In this document: positions 39,790-46,381 of the stretch, in pieces
Layout: every line of letters starts with the position of its first letter
Position numbering within the stretch: the stretch's first letter is position 1
Source of the DNA: Alphaproteobacteria bacterium
GTDB taxonomy: Bacteria > Pseudomonadota > Alphaproteobacteria > Rs-D84
Length of the DNA: 46,381 bases
Direction: 5' to 3'
Assembly (NCBI GenBank): GCA_017471445.1
Contig: JAFUTJ010000008.1
Span: 1-46,381 of the forward strand
Position numbers and translations under genes: made by a program
The notes under the pieces: generated by a model
What the model was told of the DNA's origin: nothing
Seen by the model: only the letters and a program-made list of their open reading frames with translations
Databases searched by the model: none

Positions 39790-40089
39790 TCATAAATCCA
39801 ATTGCGCATTTTCTTGTCGCAATAATTCGCATTTTCGCGCAACGCCACCCGGTGCGGAATATCCACCAATTTTCCCATCACTGCGCACCACACGGTGACA
39901 TGGTATTATCGGCGGCATTGGATTTTTTCCAACCGCATTTGCAACCGCACGCACGGCATTTGGATGTCCGCACATTTTTGCCAATTGTGCATATGTAACA
40001 ACCGTGCCAATCGGAATGCGCGTTAATGCACGCCAAACATCGCGTTGAAAATCCGTACCCGGCAAAGAATCAATATCTATATATGTCAT
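39790..40089 (-). CDS. ogt: O6-methylguanine-DNA methyltransferase (short MGMT)
   Basis: GTDFQRDVW, AVRAVANAVGKNP, IPCHRV. Confidence 0.85.
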   Translation of the reverse strand: MTYIDIDSLPGTDFQRDVWRALTRIPIGTVVTYAQLAKMCGHPNAVRAVANAVGKNPMPPIIPCHRVVRSDGKIGGYSAPGGVARKCELLRQENAQLDL

Positions 40090-40199
40090 TATATTTGTAC
40101 GCTATTTTATCATGCGCATTGTGAAAAAACAAATTCGCACAAATGACGCACAATAATTTATTCTTGGTTTTTTATATAAAAATATGGTATAATTCGGAC

Positions 40200-40502
40200 A
40201 TGAAAGCATTTATGTCTTTTGTTATTGTTTTGGCGTTGACGGCATGTTCGTCACAACGCGAAACGACCGTCGTTGAAAACGGTAATGTTACATCTGCGAT
40301 GACGCGAAATACCAATGATGGGATTACGATTGATACACCAAACGATAATGATTTACGATTGGAAACGGATAATTATATAATTCATATTGATGCCACACCC
40401 GGCCGTAAATATCGGTATAATATATGGGCAAATGCTGATAATACATCAACCGCCCCAGATGTTGTTATTGAAGATGGGGTTGTAATTTCCGAAAAAGAAT
40501 AA
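40200..40502 (+). CDS. Hypothetical lipoprotein
   Basis: MKAFMSFVIVLALTAC lipobox. Confidence 0.75.
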   Translation: MKAFMSFVIVLALTACSSQRETTVVENGNVTSAMTRNTNDGITIDTPNDNDLRLETDNYIIHIDATPGRKYRYNIWANADNTSTAPDVVIEDGVVISEKE

Positions 40503-40573
40503 CCCGTTGTTGACGGTCAAATAATTATATATCTGTTCGTATAACTTATTTGTATTATGGTTTTTGTTGTTAA

Positions 40574-41344
40574 CTAATTCACCGGAACTAATTTCCCGCC
40601 GATGTCGCGTATGGCACTAATCCAACACATACCATCGCCGCGTGGAACGGCCATGGCATATTTTGTGTGCTTTTCGGCGTATATATTTATACCGTTCATT
40701 GCGGTTTCACCAATCCGGCACAGCGGCAAACACCGGTCGTCGGATGTGTGACCGAATCCATCATCGCATTCCCACGGGCAATCGTTCGCGTTCTTAATCG
40801 TACCATCCGGGCTGTCCGGTGTGCCGGGACCGGTATAGTGCGCGTTTGCCGGTGCGTTGGTGCATGGCTTTACGCCATTGTACCAAACCTTATACGTGGT
40901 ACCCATATATGGCGACAGATAATAACCGGTTCCCGCCGCATAATAGTGTGTGCATTTAACGGGGTATTCTTGGCTGGTTGGGTCGTATGCAACCTCTGAC
41001 AGGCAACTATAATTCTTAGTATAAAAATATGCACTGCGATGACAACAGGTTATCCTGTCACGCTCGTAATACGTTGTGCCATTATATACAAATTGCGTCC
41101 GCCAAGAATTGATCCATACTTCGCCGACTGTAAAAGTATCATCAAAAAACTGTTCATATTTTCCCGCCCATTTATCTTCGGGACATTCGTATTGTGCGTC
41201 ATCGCCCGGACAATAAGATGTTTTGCCGCAATATGTACATTCGTTTTTAGAATTCAGATAAAAATTTGCCGGACAATTTGCGGCATGGGCATTGGTTAAA
41301 ATGCACATGCCAAACACCACACCCCGTGCACCAAAAAACCACCG
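40574..41344 (-). CDS. Secreted Cys-rich variable protein, paralog C; start codon supplied only by inverted cassette (272 aa when ON)
   Basis: Fixed part begins RWFFGARGVVFGMCILTNAHA-ANC; YCPGDD; conserved C-terminus. Confidence 0.85.
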   Translation of the reverse strand, partial: RWFFGARGVVFGMCILTNAHAANCPANFYLNSKNECTYCGKTSYCPGDDAQYECPEDKWAGKYEQFFDDTFTVGEVWINSWRTQFVYNGTTYYERDRITCCHRSAYFYTKNYSCLSEVAYDPTSQEYPVKCTHYYAAGTGYYLSPYMGTTYKVWYNGVKPCTNAPANAHYTGPGTPDSPDGTIKNANDCPWECDDGFGHTSDDRCLPLCRIGETAMNGINIYAEKHTKYAMAVPRGDGMCWISAIRDIGGKLVPVN

Positions 41345-41443
41345 TTTTTTTGTGCACGGATAAAGGAAAATAAAATGGCGGATTTCTGGGGTTTTGTAAA
41401 AACAATTTGTGCACCAAAAAAACGGTGGTTTTTTGGTGCACGG
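41324..41443. mobile_element. Putative invertible translation-start cassette, copy 3 (OFF orientation)
   Basis: Perfect 29-bp inverted repeat 41324-41352 / 41415-41443; RBS AAAGGA and ATG at 41375 on + strand. Confidence 0.82.
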
Positions 41444-41465
41444 CTTATTTCCCTGTACGCCACGC

Positions 41466-41494
41466 ATTGTAACATGTTCGGCGATTTTTTTCAA
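41466..41494 (-). promoter_or_regulatory. sigma70-like promoter upstream of cassette copy 3
   Basis: Minus strand TTGAAA-17 bp-TACAAT with extended -10 TG. Confidence 0.8.
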
Positions 41495-41543
41495 TATGTT
41501 TTTTATTAATTTTAATTTGATTTATTATTTCATAAAACTGTGC

Positions 41544-41569
41544 AAAAAAAACGCGGCGATGCCGCGTTT
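41544..41569 (-). terminator. rlpA terminator
   Basis: CGCGGC/GCCGCG stem followed by T8 on minus strand. Confidence 0.75.
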
Positions 41570-41585
41570 GATTATGATTTGATTT

Positions 41586-42476
41586 TTAAATGCTGTCTGC
41601 GTTAATCCACCGGCCATTTTGTAACAATCCCGGTGCCATGCCTTCGTTCGCGCGCAGCGAATCAATCACACGACGTGCATTGGATGCATCCAGGTTAATT
41701 ATACGCACCTTGTACATATCACCTTCGCGAACAACGGTCGCATTACCATATTGGCGCATTTTTGATACCAATGAATTCGCACTATCTTCGGCATAGAATG
41801 CCGCAACCTGAACACTGTAATCACCACCGACCGATGTCGTAACCGGCGTTGGTTCCGGCGCAGGCGCATACGTTACCGCGGGCGTTTCATCCACAGACGG
41901 CTGAACCGGTACCGTACCCATTGTCGCATTTTTCACCGCAATAGACTGGTCGCGCAGAACCTGAACCTGAACCTTGGATTGACCATTAATGCCAATTGCC
42001 CGCGCCGCCGCGGGTGACAAATCCATAATACGCGTATTTACAAAAGGCCCACGATTATTTACACGAACAACCGCAGATTGCCCATTGTCCAGATTTGTAA
42101 CCCGCGCAATTGTGGGTAATGGTAATGTCTTGCTGGTTGCGACCATTTGATTAACATCAAACGTTTCGCCGTTACTGGTCTTGGTACCATTCAGTTCGGT
42201 CGGAATTATACCCGCAACGCCGGTTTGATTATAAGACAAATCTTCCATTGGGATGTATTGAACATCTTCGACTTTGTACGCACTGCCGATATAATACTTT
42301 GGTGCCGCCGCCATCAGGTACGCGTCATTTAACACCGCGCCGCCATTATCGGTCGTAACAAGTGTTTCTTCGCCAAAACCGTCGGTGCCATAGCCCGCAT
42401 TGGTTGTGGTGTTTGTGCCCTGTTGACAACCGGCCAAGACCGCCGTCAAAACCGCCAATGAAACAATTTTTTTCAT
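41586..42476 (-). CDS. rlpA: Septal ring lytic transglycosylase RlpA with SPOR domain
   Basis: Lipobox LAGC, TSNGETFD, TLPLPT, VRVNNRGPF, MDLS, C-terminal VQVAAF. Confidence 0.9.
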   Translation of the reverse strand: MKKIVSLAVLTAVLAGCQQGTNTTTNAGYGTDGFGEETLVTTDNGGAVLNDAYLMAAAPKYYIGSAYKVEDVQYIPMEDLSYNQTGVAGIIPTELNGTKTSNGETFDVNQMVATSKTLPLPTIARVTNLDNGQSAVVRVNNRGPFVNTRIMDLSPAAARAIGINGQSKVQVQVLRDQSIAVKNATMGTVPVQPSVDETPAVTYAPAPEPTPVTTSVGGDYSVQVAAFYAEDSANSLVSKMRQYGNATVVREGDMYKVRIINLDASNARRVIDSLRANEGMAPGLLQNGRWINADSI

Positions 42477-42541
42477 GATTTATGACTCCTTACATTCCTT
42501 CATGTAACACATACTATCATAAAAAAAGGCCTGTTTCAACT

Positions 42542-44008
42542 TTATTTTAATATTTTGCAATCCATGAAATACGCAATGGGCAAATACAGAACCGCATACC
42601 CGCAAATTGCCGCGCCCATGATAAAGATTGACGAAACATTTATCAAACTTAACATCCACCCAAGCGCGGCCGCAACAATTGCAAACGCAATGCATGCGCG
42701 AATTGTGCGCCAATCAAACTGAATCAACCCGCGCCGCCGGCACGCCCGCCCCAACAGGTAATTTTTAAGATAACCACTGGCCACCACACCAATCGGTATG
42801 GCCAGGTAACCAACAAACGGGAACGCCACCAAATATATAACCGATGCCACCCCCAGGGAAATCATACTGGTTTCAACGGGCGTTTTCACATCTTGGGTTG
42901 CGTATAATGTCTTGCTATAAATCTGGCTGACCAGCATGGCGGGCAAAACAAACGCTTGAATCATTATTGCAATGGCGACGGCACGCGTTGACGTATGCGT
43001 CCACGCACCATATTCGAACAGGTATTGTATTATCGGTTCTGCCAACACAACCAGTCCGACAACACATGGTAATATTAACATTAACCCGCGACGCATTGCC
43101 GAATTTTGTTGAATATAAACACTGCGCATATTTTTTGCCGCAATTGCATTTGATAACGACGATATCAGTACCGTTCCAGCCGCCAAACCAATCATCGCGA
43201 ACGGCAATTGAACAATCCGGTCAGAATAATACAGCCACGAAACCGCACCACTTTGGAAACTGGCCACCAAGGTACCAATAATTATTGTAATTTGATAAAA
43301 ACCATTTCCGACAATACTGATTCCCAATTTCTTGAAAATATCTTTCATTTCGGCGTTCCAGTGCGGTCGCACAATACGCAATCCGAAATGTCGCCGCCGT
43401 ATTCGCCACAACAAAACCCCAAACTGAATCACGCCAGATAAAACAACCGTTATCGCCATGATATACAGCATACAGGTCGGCGCCCACACAATCGCCACCA
43501 ACATCGCAAATATCAACATAATATTCAACAACACCGGCATAAACGCGGCCAGTAAAAATCGCGAAAACGCATTTAATATTGCCGATAAAAACGCCGAACC
43601 ACACACAAATATCACGTATAAGAACATTATGCGCGCAATTTTAACGGTTAAATCCATCTTGCCCGGGTCGGCATCAAAACCCGGTGCCAATGCCCAAACC
43701 ACGATTGGCATAAATACTTCGAACACAATTGTTATAATTAACAATATGCACATCAGCCATGAAAACACATTTTTTGCAAACGATTCATCATGTTTTTTGG
43801 CGGCAAACATCGGAATAAATATTGCCGATAATGCCCCCTCGCCCAGTAAATCGCGGAATAAATTCGGTAACTTGAACGCGGCCAAAAACACATCAGACAA
43901 CCGCCCGGCCCCCAAACCACGTGCGATTAACATATCGCGAACGAAACCAAAAACGCGGCTGATGCCGGTCATAATGCCAACGCCGAAAATATTCCTGCCC
44001 AGTTTCAT
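42542..44008 (-). CDS. murJ: Lipid II flippase MurJ
   Basis: SRVFGFVRD, AFKLPNLFR...GEGAL, LYYSDRIVQLP. Confidence 0.95.
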   Translation of the reverse strand: MKLGRNIFGVGIMTGISRVFGFVRDMLIARGLGAGRLSDVFLAAFKLPNLFRDLLGEGALSAIFIPMFAAKKHDESFAKNVFSWLMCILLIITIVFEVFMPIVVWALAPGFDADPGKMDLTVKIARIMFLYVIFVCGSAFLSAILNAFSRFLLAAFMPVLLNIMLIFAMLVAIVWAPTCMLYIMAITVVLSGVIQFGVLLWRIRRRHFGLRIVRPHWNAEMKDIFKKLGISIVGNGFYQITIIIGTLVASFQSGAVSWLYYSDRIVQLPFAMIGLAAGTVLISSLSNAIAAKNMRSVYIQQNSAMRRGLMLILPCVVGLVVLAEPIIQYLFEYGAWTHTSTRAVAIAIMIQAFVLPAMLVSQIYSKTLYATQDVKTPVETSMISLGVASVIYLVAFPFVGYLAIPIGVVASGYLKNYLLGRACRRRGLIQFDWRTIRACIAFAIVAAALGWMLSLINVSSIFIMGAAICGYAVLYLPIAYFMDCKILK

Positions 44009-44090
44009 GGTTACACGTCCTCTGTTGAAAAAATATCTTTTATTTTTATTTGGTTGCAATTATACTGCGAATACCAAAGGAAATTCAAGT

Positions 44091-44813
44091 ATGAAAAAGT
44101 CACTGTTTTTATGTGCAATGTGCGCCACACTGGTGGCGTGCCAGTCGTCTGATACAAAAATCACACCACAACGCCCAATTGGTGAAATTTACGAAAGTGC
44201 GTACCGCGAATTTAATCGCGAAAACTATGACCGCGCCGCATCCGAATTCTTGGACGCAGAAAGCCAGCATCCATCGCACCCATACGCGGCCGATGCATTG
44301 GTTATGGCGGCGTATTCGCATTATATGGACGATGACTTTGCCGGGGCAATATTGGCGGCCGACCGGTTTATGCGTTTTCACCCGGGCCACCCAGATGTCG
44401 CATACGTATTATACCTGCGCGGCATGTGCTATTACCGCCAGGTCAGCGATGTTCGCCGCGAACCGGGTATGTCGGCATATGCCCTGCAACAGTTTCAGCA
44501 ATTGGTCAATCGTTTCCCAAATTCACCGTACGCCGACAACGCGCGTAATAAAATCACAATCTTAAAGAATTATATCGCGGGCAAGGTTATGTATTCCGCC
44601 CGCAATGAAATGCGCCGCCAAAATTGGCCCAGTGCAATATCGCACCTGCAATCAATCGTTACCGGTGCCCAAGAAACCGTCATGACGCCCGAGGCGTTAT
44701 ATCGCCTGACCGAATGTTATACGGCAATCGGATTGCCGCATCAGGCGGCGGGTTATGCCGAAATGTTGCGCACAAATTTCCCAGATAATGAATGGACAAA
44801 ACGGTTAAAGTAA
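44091..44813 (+). CDS. bamD: Outer membrane assembly lipoprotein BamD
   Basis: AAAGGA RBS, lipobox LVAC, TPR-like helices, FMRFHPGHPDVAYVLYLRG. Confidence 0.92.
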   Translation: MKKSLFLCAMCATLVACQSSDTKITPQRPIGEIYESAYREFNRENYDRAASEFLDAESQHPSHPYAADALVMAAYSHYMDDDFAGAILAADRFMRFHPGHPDVAYVLYLRGMCYYRQVSDVRREPGMSAYALQQFQQLVNRFPNSPYADNARNKITILKNYIAGKVMYSARNEMRRQNWPSAISHLQSIVTGAQETVMTPEALYRLTECYTAIGLPHQAAGYAEMLRTNFPDNEWTKRLK

Positions 44814-44920
44814 TAAAACGCGCAAAACTGCGCGTTTTATTTTTATCGCACCACACACAATGCAAAAAAAGAACGCCCCGTAAAAAGTGGAGAGAACAGG
44901 ACGCGCCGTACAAAGCGTGT

Positions 44921-45100
44921 TTAGTGCGAAACTTTTTCTTCTGTAAACACTTCGTGTTTGCGGGTTTTCGGGTCATACTTACGCATTTTCATCTTGCCCG
45001 CTGTATTTTCAGATTTCAGATTCTTGGTGGTTATATAAAAGCTGCCTGTTTCTTTGTTACGCAGCTGAATAACAACTTTATTACCTTTTTTAGATGCCAT
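44921..45100 (-). CDS. rpmG: 50S ribosomal protein L33 (59 aa, not in ORF track)
   Basis: MASKKGNKVVIQL...TGSFYITTKN...MRKYDPKTRKHEVFTEEK. Confidence 0.93.
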   Translation of the reverse strand: MASKKGNKVVIQLRNKETGSFYITTKNLKSENTAGKMKMRKYDPKTRKHEVFTEEKVSH

Positions 45101-45190
45101 TTTATTTTGCCCTTTATTATTATGCGACGAATTTTATGATAAAAATTACTGGAAATCAAGTGTTTTTTATCATAACATGTACACATATAT

Positions 45191-45275
45191 GGGCGTATGG
45201 CGAAATTGGCAGACGCGCTGGATTTAGGTTCCAGTGGGGCAACCCATCAGAGTTCAAGTCTCTGTACGCCCACCA
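45191..45275 (+). tRNA. tRNA-Leu(TAG)
   Basis: GGGCGTA...TACGCCC-ACCA, CTGGA-TTTAGGT-TCCAG anticodon arm, variable arm. Confidence 0.96.
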
Positions 45276-45280
45276 AATAT

Positions 45281-45312
45281 AAAAATCCCCGCATATTGCG
45301 GGGACTTATTTT
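45281..45312. terminator. Terminator after tRNA-Leu
   Basis: TCCCCGCA-TAT-TGCGGGGA stem. Confidence 0.7.
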
Positions 45313-45338
45313 GTACAATTTCAATTGATTGTTTTTAA

Positions 45339-45488
45339 TTAGCAACCACCGGTCGCATTGCCAATCAATTTAGAAATTGAAATATCTTTGTGCAGCAAGA
45401 AATCATATTCACAGTTGCCTGACTTGTATGACCCGGTGCAGGCCGCCAATGTCAAAACCGCAAACAATGCCAACATTACTTTTTTCAT
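45339..45488 (-). CDS. Small lipoprotein, YhfL/DUF4223-like (49 aa, not in ORF track)
   Basis: AAAGGAG RBS; MKKVMLALFAVLTLAACTG; NCEYDFLLHKDISISKLIG resembles YhfL NCSYDYLLHPAISISKIIG. Confidence 0.75.
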   Translation of the reverse strand: MKKVMLALFAVLTLAACTGSYKSGNCEYDFLLHKDISISKLIGNATGGC

Positions 45489-45627
45489 ATGGTTCTCCTT
45501 TCTGTTGAAAAAGTACGAATGTATTGTATCAACATATTCCCATTTTTCAAGTTTTATTTCCGGTTCAATGAATGTTATCAGATGTGCTGCTGTTGATTTA
45601 GATGTTTCATAACGACCAATGACGGAA

Positions 45628-46381
45628 CTAATTCACCGGGACCAATTTACCGCCCTGCCCTTTTTCTGCACTAATCCAACACGTTGCGCCACCGCGTGGT
45701 ACGGCCATGGCGTATTTGGTATGCTTTTCGGCGTATATGTTTATACCGTTCATTGCGGTTTCACCAATCCGGCATAACGGTAAACACCGGTCGTCGGATG
45801 TATGACCGAATCCATCATCACATTCCCATTCACAATTTGGTGTGCCATCGGTTGTATTTGCGGCGGTATAGTGTGCATTTGCCGGCGCGTTTGTGCATGG
45901 CATGCAATCTGATGCCGCGGCGGCGGTGTCCGTTGCCGTATATGTGCCCGCCGGGCATGCGGTATGTTCAACATCATTTGCACCAACATAAAAACCGAAA
46001 CCTGCCGCAATACAAATATCATGCGCCAATAACAGGTTTAAGTTCGCAAACTGAATATTCCAAGATGTTGGTTGTTTGCCCGTTACATTTGCATAATAGC
46101 CCGCATCACACTTGGTTAAATTATATTTGTACTGGCAATTGGTACCGCCAATATATTCCCCATTTAACACACCACAGTTATATGTTGTTATTCCGTGCGC
46201 AATCGGGACATCTGCAAATGTGGCACGGCAATATTTTGCCGCGGTAATAACATCAATGCTTGTATTAATGTAATATTGCTGAAAATAAATATAGTGTGGA
46301 TTAGATGTTGTAACAATTGGACATAGGTGCCGCGTATCATCGCCAGGGCAATAAAAATTGTAATTCTGTGATATATCGGCC
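45628..46381 (-). CDS. Secreted Cys-rich variable protein, paralog D (5' end beyond window)
   Basis: Frame stays open to the edge (...ADISQNYNFYCPGDDTRHLCP...); extra CPAGTY...C repeat; conserved C-terminus. Confidence 0.85.
   Translation of the reverse strand, partial: ADISQNYNFYCPGDDTRHLCPIVTTSNPHYIYFQQYYINTSIDVITAAKYCRATFADVPIAHGITTYNCGVLNGEYIGGTNCQYKYNLTKCDAGYYANVTGKQPTSWNIQFANLNLLLAHDICIAAGFGFYVGANDVEHTACPAGTYTATDTAAAASDCMPCTNAPANAHYTAANTTDGTPNCEWECDDGFGHTSDDRCLPLCRIGETAMNGINIYAEKHTKYAMAVPRGGATCWISAEKGQGGKLVPVN

Noticed and set aside
1-41494. CRISPR array or IS/MITE reading of the 30-bp palindromic repeats
   Set aside because: Repeats occur as inverted pairs with a constant interior, with no spacers, cas genes, transposase or target-site duplications, and in frame with one gene family wherever the gene is visible.
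43458-44090. N-terminal half of the 451-aa ORF
   Set aside because: Antisense shadow of murJ; bamD starts at 44091 with RBS and lipobox.
169-46381. Diversity-generating retroelement as the source of paralog variation
   Set aside because: No reverse transcriptase or TR/VR pair; differences are not adenine-specific and the C-termini are the conserved part.

Overview
Chromosomal segment of a bacterium that looks alphaproteobacterial (gene set, protein sequences and order: rpoZ, mtaB, tilS-ftsH, prmC, tdk, htpX, rpsP-rimM-trmD-rplS, pfk, frr-uppS-cdsA-rseP-bamA, alaS, hup, groES-groEL, rlpA, murJ, bamD, rpmG, three tRNAs). Dispersed among these is a family of secreted Cys-rich paralogs with conserved ends and divergent centres: three complete, one cut by the right edge, and a probable fifth implied at the left edge. 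The main discovery is a near-identical cassette present three times (1-156, 22652-22819, 41324-41494). Each has a fixed sigma70-like promoter, then two inverted palindromic sites (12-15 bp arms around an asymmetric 6-bp CCACCG core, like tyrosine-recombinase sites). The cores enclose 78 bp carrying an RBS, ATG and the first 16 codons, pointing AWAY from the gene. Inversion at the cores fuses MADFWGFVKTICAPKK in frame to the gene and builds a complete signal peptide. This predicts an ON/OFF phase-variation switch that flips the translation start rather than the promoter. All three copies are in the predicted OFF state and no recombinase is in the window. Also found: a 6S-like rod RNA candidate, an unannotated VirB7-like lipoprotein before two VirB8-like genes, an AlaRS lacking its C-terminal domain, and several small structured repeats.
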